A program made the position numbers and the translations under genes. Source: Octopus sinensis (taxonomy: Eukaryota). Taken from it: a stretch of 64,000 nt of DNA. Location of the stretch: the NCBI RefSeq assembly GCF_006345805.1, contig NC_043002.1, forward strand, positions 4,712,001 through 4,776,000, given 5' to 3'. This document shows positions 13,054 to 25,993 of the stretch, one piece after another (position 1 is the first letter of the stretch; each line of letters starts with the position of its first letter). Under the pieces are notes generated by a model. That model made no database searches and was not told the DNA's origin. It was given only the letters and a program-made list of their open reading frames with translations.

Positions 13054-13475
13054 GGCGCAGGAGTGGCTGTGTGGTAAGTAGCTTGCTTACCAACCACACA
13101 GTTCCGGGTTCAGTCCCACTGCGTGGCATCTTGGGCAAGTGTTTTCTACTATAGCCTCGGGCCGACCAAAGCCTTGTGAGTGGATTTGGTAGATGGAAAC
13201 TGAAAGAAGCCTGTCGTATATATGTTATATATATATATGTATATATATGTGTGTGTGTGTTTGTGTGTGTGTGTTTGTCTCCCCAACATCGCTTGACAAC
13301 CGATGCTGGTGTGTTTACGTCCCCGTTACTTAGCGATTCGGCAAAAGAGACCGATAGGATAAGTACTAGGCTTACAAAGAATAAGTCTTGGGGTTGATTT
13401 GCTCGACTAAAAAGGCGGTGCTCCAGCAAGGCCGCAGTCAAATGACTGAAACAAGTAAAAGAGCAAAAGAGAAAG
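13054..13475 (+). mobile_element. SINE family B, full-length
   Basis: GGCGCAGGAGTGGCTGTGTGGTAAG..CCGGGTTCAGTCCC head to TGACTGAAACAAGTAAAAGAG tail. Confidence 0.92.
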
Positions 13476-13675
13476 TAATAACTCTAACTCAATGAATAAA
13501 TAAATAAATATAAACTAAGGTGAGTGTCGTAAGAAGGTTGCTTTCTCAACCACGTAGTTCCGGGTTCGGACCCACTGCGTGACGCCGCATTGGGCAAGTG
13601 TCTTCTACTATAGGTTCAGGTCGACCAAAGGTGTGTGAGCAGATTTGTTTGACGGCAATTGAATAAAGCTCGTTG

Positions 13676-14230
13676 TATATGTATGCATGTATGCATGTAT
13701 GTATGTATGTATGTATGTATGTATGTATGTATGTATGTATGCATGTATGTATATATGTATGTATGTATGCATGCATGTATGCATGTATGTATGTATGTAT
13801 GTATGTATGCATGTATGTATGTATGTATGTATGTATGTATGCATGTATGTATATATGTATGTATGTATGCATGCATGTATGCATGTATGTATGTATGTAT
13901 GTATGTATGCATGCATGTATGCATGCATGTATGTATGTACGTGTGTGTGTATGTATGTATGTATGTATGTATGTATGTATGTATGTATGTATGTATGTAT
14001 ATATATGTATGCATGCATGCATGTATGTATGTATGTATGTATGTATGTATGTATGTATGTATGTATGTATGTATGTATGTATGTATGTATGTATGTATGT
14101 ATGTATGCATGTATGTATGCATGTATGTATGTACGTGTGTATGTATGTATGCATGTATGCATGCATGTATGTATGTATGTATATATATGTATGTATGTAT
14201 GTATGTGTATAAATATAAGTGAGTGTGTAT
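13676..14230. repeat. (TATG)n/(CATG)n microsatellite following a SINE B head
   Basis: Directly visible. Confidence 0.98.
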
Positions 14231-14314
14231 GTATGTCTGTATGTACGTATGCTGTCGCGTCGCAGACCCTGTAAGAAAGAACAACCAATTCATCTCAGAT
14301 TATACCAGCCTGTT

Positions 14315-14645
14315 GTGAAGGCGCGTGGTTTAGCGGTTAGGGTTTTCAGCTCACGATCTCAAGGTCGTGAGTTCAATTTCCGGAGACGCGTTGTGTCCTT
14401 GAGCAAAACACTTTATTTCACGTTGCTTCCCAGTCCACTCAACTGGCAAAAATGAGCAGTACCGGTAATTCAAAGGGCCTACCTTGTCCCACTCTGTGTC
14501 TCTCTGAATCTCCCCGAGAACTACGTTAAGAGTACGCGTGTCTGTAGAGTACTCAGCTAAGTTGCACGTTAATTTCACGAGCCGCAGGCTGCTCCGTTGA
14601 TCAGATCAACTGGAACCTTCGTCGTCGTAACTGACGGAGTCCCAG
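14315..14645 (+). mobile_element. SINE family D (tRNA-like head)
   Basis: GGCGCGTGGTTTAGCGGTTAGG..GAGTTCAATTTCC..GTGTCCTTGAGCAA; same family as 59935-60258. Confidence 0.85.
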
Positions 14646-15082
14646 TCATACAATCCTGTTTAAAAAAAAATGTAAGGACATATTGTACAATAAGACGGTG
14701 AACTGACAGAATCGTTGGCAAGTCAGACAAAATGCTCACCGGCATTTCTTCTGGTTCTTTATGTTCTGAGTTCAAATCCCAATGAGGTTAAGTTTGCCGT
14801 TAATCCCTTCGGTGTCGATAAAATAAGGTACCAGTCAAGTACTGAATTCAATGTAATCGACTTGACTCCCTCCTCTCGAAATTACTAGCGCTGAACCTGC
14901 AACGGACCGGCATCCAGCTGTACTAACGTTCTGAGTTCAAATCCTCGACGAGGTCAACTTTATACTTTCCATCCTTTCGAAGTTGACAAGTTTCCTTTCG
15001 GGTGTGGTGATGCCTTTAAATATGAGTTTCGATTCTTTTATGTTCTGGGTTCAAATCTTGCCATACCCCAATTGAGTGGTAG

Positions 15083-16480
15083 ACTGATTCTCTCGCCTGG
15101 TTGAACACTACCACTTATCACCTTGGGTACCTTTAGTAGAGATCACTTCATTGCAAACATTTCAGGGACATCTTCCGTCCTGAAACATCTGACCCCTGTC
15201 TTTAAAGCCCTCTTATGGGGGTCCTACTGGTATTCTCTTGACTAGAAAAATATGCGGTGGGTAAAACAACAACAAAGCAATACTAATCAATGAATGACTA
15301 ATATTTTAATTATTTCATTGATGACAACCCCGACAGGCTTTAAATATTTGGAACAGAAATAGTGGAGAGAGAATCTATATGTAAATGTACATGATAATTT
15401 CGTATATTATTCAGAAGCCATTACTATTTTCAGGACATACGCCTACGAGATTTACAAGAGGAAATTATTCCGACCTTACTCTCAGAAGGTTCAGTACCAA
15501 TGCTTGTAGCAGAGAGGATTCCTCTAAAGTCGCCTATGGACCAGGTGATATAATTTAACTGGGCGTCGGAAAAATATCCATTTAAAAATGGAAACAGTTC
15601 TTTTGACGTGTTTCTGCACGCACCGTCCGACAACCAATTTTTACTCACCAGACTTTAGTGGACCCGAAGCTATGACTGAGAAGTATGCCTTGTCCACGGT
15701 ACCGTGCCGTGCGATCGAACCTCGATTATAGAATTGATTTCATATTGAATAAGTTACGTGGATTTGTGGAACTTTGTTAATAATTCTGTAAAACAGTTCC
15801 AAATATTTAAATAGCTCATCCCTTTTTTCAGACATAGTTTGTCTAGGACAAAGTTATCCAATGTATATCTTTTTAATTACAATCCGAAAGTTTGGTCGAT
15901 ATTTGTAGTAGGGCTAGCGACCATGTCGAGGCTTCCTCATCAGTTCGTATTGGAGTTTTACATTCTACTCAAAGAATTCAACTTTCACATTCTATAACCC
16001 GTGGTCACCGAACCTATGGGGGAATCTTTATGTTAGAAATATCAGCCAAATCTGCCCTTGACTCAGCTACTGACTATTTAACAAAAGTAAAGTCAGATTA
16101 TATGATGCTGTCTCACAAGGCGGTGACTTGTCAGAGTATTTTGAGTTTTGCGATATTTATTCCGGCTCTCCATGAGTCCTAAGTTCAAATTCCACTCTAA
16201 GTGGAGGACCGCTCACAGGGTTCTTTTTCTCTAAAAATGGAGGAAGGGTTGAGTGAGGGACTAACAACTATTTCTCATACATACGTTATGTTATTAGAAT
16301 TCTCCGAGAACTCCCAATATAGAGAACGGCACAGAATGCATATAAAAGAGAGAATATATCTGAATAAAGATGGGTGCGCATTGGTCATGGATGGAAAGCT
16401 TTTGATTATACGTCTGTCCGATCAGGATTAATTGGTGGGCTAAATATAAACAACAGCAGGTGCTGGACACTTCGCACCCG
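15083..16480 (+). pseudogene. Degenerate or mis-assembled Cys-loop ligand-gated ion channel (nAChR-like) subunit, beta5 to M4, two GT-AG introns
   Basis: Ordered motifs across frames: WVPLVEITS (15124), C-x14-C (15152-15199), WGSYW|TY over intron 15230-15433, CLGQSYPMYIFLITIRK after intron 15545-15831, PC..FLIS (M1), RIQLS..IFMLEISAK (M2), YMML..SILSFAIFIPALH (M3), KW..RVLFL (MX), ALVMD..LLII (M4). Needs many frameshifts; manual alignment only. Confidence 0.6.
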
Positions 16481-17553
16481 AAACTTATCAGTGCTTCGTT
16501 ATTTTATTTTTTTATAATAACTTTAGATTGTAAGCACGGTGAGAAAAGGACACATATACATCCATGCACAGTCGCGATTCTGTGTGTGTGTGTGTGTGTG
16601 TGTGTGCCCTTTGGGGACGTATGCTGATATAGGATATAAACATAGGCGAGAAAACGGTAAAGAAAAAAACAGCATTTTTTAAGAGCAAAGTCCATTGAGA
16701 TATTTGTTCAAAACCGAATCTCTGACACACCCTTGTTGCTTTTACCAGAGAATAAAATTGTCATTGTGGAATTCTAATGACTCCACGCTTTACAATATTG
16801 TTGTTATTTAGTCATTGAACATCACTGCAATATAGATACCAGTGTTTCAACTCCAATATTGAAATTAAATGTTTGACTATCAAAGACTACACGAAAATCT
16901 TTCTCTTCCTTCTCTTCCTTCTCTTCCTCTCATTCGTTCTTTCTTTTCTCTTCCTCTCTTCTACCCCCTCATTCTCAATCTGTCTTTCTCCCCCATCTCT
17001 CTCTGTCTATATTTATGTCTATCTACCCATCCCCACTATCTCTGTTTCCCCCTCTTCTCTGATTAAAAAGCAATTGAAGAATTTTAATTATAAGTAATTA
17101 GCAAATTGTCGGTGTCTTCATCATATTTTTTCTAGTTAGCACTCACACTTTTCTTTCTTTCGGTCTCTCTCTTTTTTCTTTCTTTTTCTTTTTACTTTCT
17201 TACGTTTCTTCCTTTCTTTCATACATTCTTTCTTTCTTTATTTTACCTTCCTAGATTAAAAAAAACAAAAAACAACTTACATCTCTGTCAAGTCTTTTAT
17301 CTACTCCTTCACTCAATTTTCCTTCGTTTTGCTTCTCCCCCTCCTTCATTCCTCGACTACATCTTCCTTTTTTACTTTCATTTTTTTCACCTTCTTCTTT
17401 TTCTGTTTTCTTCCTTAATTTCGTTCCCCCGCTTTCCCGCTTTCTTTTACTTTTAATTCTCTCTTTATTTGTCGTGTTTCATTATTTGCTTTATCAATTA
17501 GCGTTACCTTCAGAACTTTCTCAGCACTAACACACACACGTGTATGTACATAG

Positions 17554-17612
<59 letters not shown>

Positions 17613-17744
17613 TTCATTGCAGTAGTGACAATCATTGCGTAAATGATTTTCTTTTTAACCCATTAAATTCATTGCAAATATTTTATATATTTCAAAACCT
17701 TGCGTGGAACCCTTTTTTAAATTCTATTTTTATTTTCTACCGAA

Positions 17745-18432
17745 CGGTGGATTAGCTTAATCGTTAGAACACTGCAAAAAAAATGTCATGTGATAATTAG
17801 TAACAGCTCTTTTTGTTCTGAGTTCAAATCTCGTCGAGACCAGCTTTACCTTTCATCCTTGAGGAGTTGATAGACTAAGTACCAGTCGAGTCCTGGGGTC
17901 GATGTAATCGGCTTACCCCTCCCCCGAAATTGCTGGCCTTGTGCCATAATATGAAACCAAGGCGGCGAGCTACCAGAATCGTTAGCACGCCGGACAAAGT
18001 GCTTAGCGGCATTTCTTCCGTCTTAACGCTCTGAGTTCAAAACCATGGATGTCGACTTTGCCTTTCATCCATTCAGGGCCGATAAAATAAGTACCAGTTG
18101 AGTACTGGGGTTGAGGTAATCAACTACCCCCATCCCCACACGCCGAAATTGCTAGTCTTGTCTCAAAATTTGAAACCAATAATATTTTTACATTCGTATT
18201 TCTTTATTGCCCACAAGGGCAATAAACATAGAGGGGACAAACAAGGACAGACAAAGGGATTAAGTCGATTACATCGACCCCAGTGCGTAACTGGTACTTA
18301 ATTTATCGACCCCGAAGGGATGAAAAGCAAAGTCGACCTCGGCGGAATTTGAACTCAGAACGTAAAGACAGACGAAGTACCGCTAAGTATTTCGACCGAC
18401 GCGCTAACGTGTCTGCCAGCTCACCGCCTTTA
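17745..18432. mobile_element. Cluster of three SINE family A copies (two +, one -)
   Basis: Central domain CCTTTCATCC..GATA..AGTACCAGT at ~17850 and ~18060 (+); reverse copy 18200-18432. Confidence 0.8.
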
Positions 18433-19109
18433 ATATGTAATATTTTTACATTCTTCAGGATGGTGAATTCGCTGAATCGTTAGAATATGGGAGAAAATAT
18501 TTTGCGATCATCAGTAACGGCTATTTTTCTGAGTTCAAAACTTGTCGAGTCCAACTTTCCCTTTCAACCTTGCGGAGTCGATAAAATAAAATATCAGTCA
18601 AGTTCTGAGATTGATTTAACCCTCGGCCTGTCATAAGCATTTTCATAAGTTTGTCCTAAACGTCATAAGTTTGTCCTAAACGTCTCGGCCTGTCATAAGC
18701 ATTTTCATAAGTTTGTCCTAAACGTTCATGCTTGTTTTTAGACATTTTGTAAACCTTTGTTTTGTTTAGACTTTTAGTCAACCCTTGTTTTGTATCACAT
18801 GTGATATAAAGGATGACCAAAGAGTAATCAGCAATTCTCTCTCCACCAAATTCTTGACCTTTTTGACTACATTGGTTTCAAATTTTGTCAATGCCAGCAA
18901 TTTCTGGGGAGGGTGTAAGTCGTTATAATCGACTCCCCAGTGCTCCTGTGGCACGCAAAACCGACTTGGGGCTGAATTTAAGCTCAGAACGAACGAAATG
19001 TCTTTATGCATTTTACCCGGCGTACTAACGATTCTGTCAAGCGTGCCGCGGCAGTTGAACCCATAACGTAAAGACGGACGAAATGCCGCTAAGCATTTTC
19101 TCCGGTATA

Positions 19110-19522
19110 GGCGCAGGAGTGGCTGTGTGGTAAGTAGCTTGCTAATCAACCACATGGTTCCGGGTTCAGTCCCACTGCGTGGCATCTTGGGCAAGTGTCT
19201 TCTGCTATAGCCTCGGGCCGACCAATGCCTTGTGAGTGGATTTGGTAGACGGAAACTGAAAAGAAGCCCGTCGTATATATGTATATATATATATGTGTGT
19301 GTGTATGTGTTTGTGTGTCTGTGTTTGTCCCCCTAGCATTACTTGACAATCGATGCTGGTGTGTTTACGTCCCCGTCACTTAGCGGTTCGGCAAAAGAGA
19401 CCGATAGAATAAGTACTGGGCTTACAAAGAATAAGTCCCGGGGTCGATTTGCTCGACTAAAGGCGATGCTCCAGCATGGCCGCAGACAAATGACTGAAAC
19501 AAGTAAAAGAGTAAAAGAGTAT
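19110..19522 (+). mobile_element. SINE family B, full-length
   Basis: Near-identical to 13054-13475. Confidence 0.92.
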
Positions 19523-20021
19523 ACTAACGATTCAACCAGCTCGCCACCTGATACCTTTTTGACTATATTAAGAATAGTAAGTATAATGTTTGTTTATATG
19601 TGCCCAATTGCAAGAGTATAAGCATATAAACTTCATCTGCACTGTTTAATAATTTATTCCATATTTTAGACTTCACGTAAGACTATTTCTTATTAAGAGA
19701 CCCAAATAAAGCAGTAGTTTTCTCAAATCTTGCTTATGTCTGTTTCTGGACTACTTGGCTTTGAATCTTAACGGAGTTGTGCGAGCTGTTATTGACTTTA
19801 AATTTCAGCATACTGACAACTGATGTTAGTGTGTTTATGTCCACGTAACCAAGTGGTTTGGTTAAAGAGATCGATAGAATAAGTTCTATGCTTACAAAGA
19901 ACAAGTCGATTTGTTTGACTAAAACCCTTTAAGGTGGTGCTCCAGCATGGCTGCTTTCAAATGACTGAAACAAGCAAATGAATAAAAGAATAAAAGACTG
20001 TTTATATATATATATATATAT

Positions 20022-23000
20022 TGTAAGCTGAGACGATAAGACGTGTTTTTACTCCTCTCTGCGCCGGTCAGCAGCAAGCTTCACAGCTACATTCGTCGTA
20101 ATTGACCATCACATATATTCCTGTATATTTGAAACCACGCTTTTTCCCAACTCGTGAGTAGACTTTTCCTTAACCACAAACTATTTTCATAATTTTCAAA
20201 CGACCAAATATTTTCAAACACCTTCTGATAACTAAAGGATCACCCACACATAAAAATTAGAAAAGAGGAAAAAAAAAAGAAAAGAAAAGAAAGATAAAAT
20301 AACTACAAGCTTAATTCAAATACAAACTTCTCAGTATTAAACAAACATTCTGTACAATCAATTCTACATACTTCTCCTTAAAAAAAAAAAATAATAATAA
20401 TATTAAAAGTAATCAACAAAACGAACGAACAAAATAAAATTTAATAAAACATATCAACCAGAATGGCTAGCCACCAAAAATCCAACAAAACTGGTCTGAT
20501 AATGAAGTCGACGTTCTTATCAACACATGGCATGGCCTTACCGAAACAGAGAGCATAGCTGCTTCGTGTCTGAACGAAATTGCCCAACGAACAGTTCACC
20601 ATTTGCAAACTCGATCTGAACAGCAGATCCAAAATAAATTAAAACAAATCGAAGTTGCTTTTAAATTAATAAATAAACACTTCGATAAACTGAGATGTGT
20701 TTTCTCTTCGAACGCATCACCGGCGCAACAACAACAACAACAACCTCAACAACAACAACAACCAGCTGCAACAACAACAACTTCAGCAGCAACAACCTCA
20801 GAGGCAACAACAAACAACCTCAACAACAACAACAGGATGAACCACTCCTTGATTCATCTACAATGGCCGATTTGCTAAATGAAACGATTGACCCCCCAGT
20901 CATCAGGGTCACACAGCAGGAAGCACCACCCCTTCCTTTCACTGCCCCAGCAGCTCAATCATCATCATTGTCAACACCATCTCCTCTGCTTACTACTACT
21001 AGTACTACTCCCACTATATATCGACAAACATCTTCGTCTTGGAATCGACCTCCTCAATCATTACACTGTCAACATCTCTTCTACTACTACTACTACTAAC
21101 TACAGCTACTACTACTAATGCTATCTCAAGGAATTTACCTCCAACAGGTCACAAAGGTCGCCAAAACTTCAACAAACTATCATCTACACCTTTCACAGCT
21201 CACACACACACACGCACCTACACACCACTCGAAACCCCATCATTTGCCGATATTCTCTTCGCCATAGACTGTGCACTGATAGAGACTGCAAATTCACCCA
21301 TTTACCTGGAACAAAACGCTCTATCCCCACAAACTACAACAGCAACCACCATAATACAACATCACCACAACCACCAATATCTCAAACAAGGAATCCCCAA
21401 ATCTGCCGCTATTCCCAGCGAGACAGATTGTGCTTGCACAGGGATTGCCCCTTTACCCATCTCCCGGGGACTCGTCGGACATTTAAAGATAACCACTCAC
21501 ATAAAAAAAATAGCCGCGGCCACAGTCACCTGCGGTTCCCTAGACAGGAAACCACCTCTTCTTCCTCTTTTTTAGCTATAATGAATCTAGCAAAAGAACT
21601 GGAAAAAAACATCCGAGCTATCACCCACCGCCATCCACCACTATTACCCCACTACACATGCCATTAAAAAGCAATCAAATAAACAAATCACCAAAACAAT
21701 TAAAACCATCTCCACTCTCGCCTCAACATTTCTGCTTAATGCCCAAGGCATCAGCCCTTCCACCAATACACAAAAATGGAAGATAAGATTCCTGGAGGAC
21801 TGGGTCGAGGCCCATCCAAACCACATCCCTTTCTTCGTCCTCACTGAAACCCATCTTAGTGACCTCCACTTGGAAGCCGAGGTGAAAGTTAAAAATTTCA
21901 AAACCATTCGTGCTGATCGTGTTGGCAGAAGAAAGGGTGGGACTGCCATTTATGTCCATGATTCATTCTCAACAGAAGCCATGAACATATTTTCGAATGG
22001 ATACTGCGAAGCAGTCGCTGTATTCAGTCAAACCAACAACTTAACAGTAGTTGGGCTCTACAGACCACCCCAAACGCCCTACCATGCTTCAAGGAATGCC
22101 TCAAACAGCATAAAGTGTTTCATTCAGCAGTGTCAACCTGACAACATTTTAATGATGGGAGATTTCAACCTTCCCGGGGTTGACTGGTCTACAAACAGTC
22201 TGCCGCCAGGTCTTCTCTCTCAACCCTGACAGGGAGGCAGTGGAATCGCTTCTTGACTTCATGGATGACTTCTTCTTGTCCCAACTGGTACTCGAACCAA
22301 CGAGATGTCACAAAAACGTCTTAGACTAATTTTCAGCAATCACACTGATACTATCCACAATATTGCAGTGGAGAAAACCCTACTCTCCGACCATGACATG
22401 GTTCTCTGTGATCTGAGATTTCACTGGCCAAAATGCAAACAAATGTCATCCCTCCTGCTCATCCATTTGACACTATGGATTTCCACAATGCAAACTGGGA
22501 AGCGATCAATAATGATCTTGCACAAGTCGATTGGTCCTTCACACAACATACACACCCACTACATCAAAAAGTCCTGGCAGTCACTTGTAGACACCATCAC
22601 GAACATATGTGCAAGACACACCCCATTAAGATCTGCAAACAAATCTAAGTGTCGAATCCCTAGAATAGAAAATCTCTCATAAGGAAAATTAAAAGAATCA
22701 ACAAAAGATCAACATGCTGAAATACTGTCAACAGCAACACACCAACCTGACTGCCATCTCGTCGCTAGAGATTAAAAAACATAAACTCCCAAAACAAAAA
22801 TGATCTATCATCAATAGTCAGCGAAGAGCTGAAGAGGCCTGGGCCATTGAGAAGATCAAACTCAATCCAAAAGTGTTCTTTTCATTTGCAAAAAAACACA
22901 GAGTCACTGGTTCTACTGTGGCCCTCTGATTGAATGAATGGTACTCTTCAAGACAATGCCAAAACCATGGGAGAAATATTGCAGAAACAATATTGCTCTG

Positions 23001-24748
23001 TTTTCAGCAATCCTGATATGACTGATCTGGGCTGTATCAGTGATGTTACTCCCCAATACACTTTATCGGACATAACATTTAGCGCTCCTGATGTCTTAGC
23101 AGCAATAAAGGAAATGAAGCATAATTCAGCAGTAGGTCCCGATAGGTCCTGCTTGTGTCTTGAAGATGTTGTCAAAACCAACTTGCCCCCTCTAGCCAAT
23201 CTGTGGCGGAACTCATTGGATGCTGGATATATACCAGAAGACCTTCTATCCCAGTCTGTTGTCCCAGTTTTCAAAAAAGGAAACAAATCGCTTGCCGTGA
23301 ATTACCGTCCAATCTCACTCACCTCTCATATCATCAAGGTATTTGAGAGGGTGCTGAGATCGCGTATGACTCACTTCCTTGAGAGTCATAATATGCTGAA
23401 CCCCAACCAGCATGGATTCCGTAAGGGGAGAGATTGCCTGACGCAGCTACTGCATCATTTTGATGACATTTTGAGAGCCTTGGGAGAGGGTTTCCAACAC
23501 TGATGTCATCTACCTTGATTTCAGCAAGGCCTTTGACAGGGTTGATCATAAGATCCTTCTGAGAAAGCTGTCCAATATTGGTGTCACTGGAAAGCTGCTG
23601 CAATGGATCGAGTGCTTCCTCTCTAACAGAACCCAACATGTTGTAGTCGAAGGAGTCAAATCCAGCCCAGCCAAAGTCAGCAGTGGTGTCCCACAAGGCA
23701 CTGTGTTGGGGCCCACTTCTCTTCATCATCTACATAAATGATATTACTGACACCATCAAACACAGCAACATCAGAACTTCGCTGATGATTCCAAGCTCCA
23801 GAAGGTCATCAATGGCGTGGATGACCGAATAAACCTTCAGTCAGACCTACTGGCTGTTGTCCAATGGGCGGAAAAGAATAACATGTTGCTAAATGAAGAC
23901 AAATTCGAACTGATCCACTTTGGAAGGGAGGACGCTCTGAAACTCCCATACTCTCTTCCTTCTGGAGAAATTCTCATGGCATCCAACAACATCAGACCTG
24001 GGAGTAACAGTGGACAACAACATAAGCTGGGCTACACATATAAGCAGCAAAGTTGACATGGCCCGCAGAATGTGTTCCTGGATTCTCAGAACCTTCCAGT
24101 CGAGAGATTCCCACGCTATTATCCTTCTCTTCTCCACTTTTGCCCGACCCCACCTTGAATACTGCTGTCCACTGTGGTCTCCCTACACACAAACCAAAAT
24201 ATTATGAGAATTGAAGCTCCCCAAAGGTCATCACAAAAAAGATAGATGGCATGTCAGACCTTGACTACTGGGGTAGACTAGAGAAGCTGAAATTGTATTC
24301 ACTCCAACGACGCCGTGAACGCTACATTATCTGTATGATGTGGAAAATATTCCATCAGCACTGTCCGAATGATGTTGGCATCACCTTCAAAATGCATCCA
24401 AGGCTTGGACCACGTGCCATCCGTCCACAACAAAATCTAAATCGCATCACATAACGACAATACGGCACAACTATTTCACCTCAATTGGACCCGCTCTCTT
24501 CAACATTACACCAGGACACGTCAAAAAAGAAACTGACCACACAAAATTCAAGAAGTCTTTGGACAAATTCCTTCAAACAGTACCGGACAAACCACCCACA
24601 CCCGGATATGTCTCCGCAAACAATAACTCTCTGCTCGAATGGGCCTGGTGCCCAAATCCTGAATGAAAGACTTCGCCAGGTGGTGCTATTAAGTTAGACA
24701 TGGCCTGGGCCAATACTGGCCAAAAACCTTTCTACGTTATTCTAAGTT
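20022..24748 (+). mobile_element. Apparently full-length CR1/L2-type (Jockey superfamily) LINE, copy 1, frameshifted
   Basis: 5' UTR, ORF1 from ~20463, APE motifs (LNAQG, FVLTETHL, GGTAIYV, GLYRPP, MGDFNLP, SDHD), RT motifs ([39 protein letters not shown]), 3' end ..TTATTCTAAGTT; (TA)n on both sides. Confidence 0.95.
20463..21667 (+). pseudogene. LINE ORF1 remnant: Myb/SANT-like N-terminus, Q/T-rich linker, two CCCH zinc fingers
   Basis: NWSDNEVDVLINTW..RSEQQIQNKLKQIE (from 20489); CRYSLRHRLCTDRDCKFTH (21245-21301) and CRYSQRDRLCLHRDCPFTH (21404-21460), both C-x8-C-x4-C-x3-H. Confidence 0.75.
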
Positions 24749-24927
24749 ATATATATATTATATTATATATATATATATATATACGTATATATATATATGT
24801 ATATATATATATATGTATATTATATATGGTATATATAATAATATATATATTATATATATATATATATTATATATATATATATATATGTATGTATATATAT
24901 ATATAATATATATATATATATGTATGT

Positions 24928-24966
<39 letters not shown>

Positions 24967-24992
24967 TATATATATATATATATATATGTATG

Positions 24993-25023
<31 letters not shown>

Positions 25024-25500
25024 CAGTAAATGGTAGGGTTGGGTTAACCGCACGTGGAGAATTGATAGGACAGGAAAAATATAGGCAGAATGCTAAATTG
25101 AAAGTAAATTTTAATAAAAATGGGTGTATGGACAAGTAAAAAAGAAAAAATAATAGATCAAACCCGGTTTTCATTGTAAAGCAAATTTTCAAGTTTTGGA
25201 AGGGGAAAACATTTTTTTTTTAAATTGAGGAAGGGGAAAAAAAAGAAATTTACATTGTTTTTTTCAAAAACATAATAATACATATATATATATAAATTGA
25301 ACTGCGCTATTTCTGTTCCGAAATTTCAAAATTGGTGTAAAAATATTCGAACTTAATAAACTTAATTTAACAACCCAGCGTGTCTACTTAATACATATTA
25401 GATGGGCTTTGGTCGACCCGAGTCCATAGAAGAAGATTCTTGTGGCTAGGAAGTAAGCTTCTTACCACACAACCACGCCTGCGTCTATGTGTATATATAA

Positions 25501-25584
<84 letters not shown>

Positions 25585-25708
25585 GATATATGTATATATA
25601 TATATATATGTATATATTATATATATTATGTTATATATATATATATACATATATATAATATATATATATATAAATATATATGTTATGTATATATTATATA
25701 TCTATGTA

Positions 25709-25747
<39 letters not shown>

Positions 25748-25805
25748 TATATGTCTATGTATATATATATCTATGTATATATATATATATATATATATAT
25801 ACATA

Positions 25806-25842
<37 letters not shown>

Positions 25843-25960
25843 CGATATATATATATATATATCATAGACATATATATATATATATATATATATTAATATG
25901 TATATATATTATATACCATATATTAATATATATATATATCTATAAATATATATGTTTATG

Positions 25961-25992
<32 letters not shown>
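24749..25992. repeat. (TA)n tracts with short interspersed repeat fragments
   Basis: Directly visible; SINE B head remnant at ~25380-25485. Confidence 0.95.

Positions 25993-25993
<1 letters not shown>

Noticed and set aside
15434-15544. Phase-0 exon reading DIRLRDLQEEIIPTLLSEGSVPMLVAERIPLKSPMDQ
   Set aside because: Open and protein-like, but its phase does not join the neighbouring acceptors; other frames fit the ordered pLGIC motifs better. It remains an alternative.
15892-16182. Cadherin/CELSR membrane-proximal resemblance (ASDH..LSHSIT)
   Set aside because: Similarity stops after a few residues and no cadherin repeat motifs are nearby.
18622-18725. 42+20+42-bp nested tandem duplication
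   Set aside because: Ordinary slippage duplication with no associated structure.
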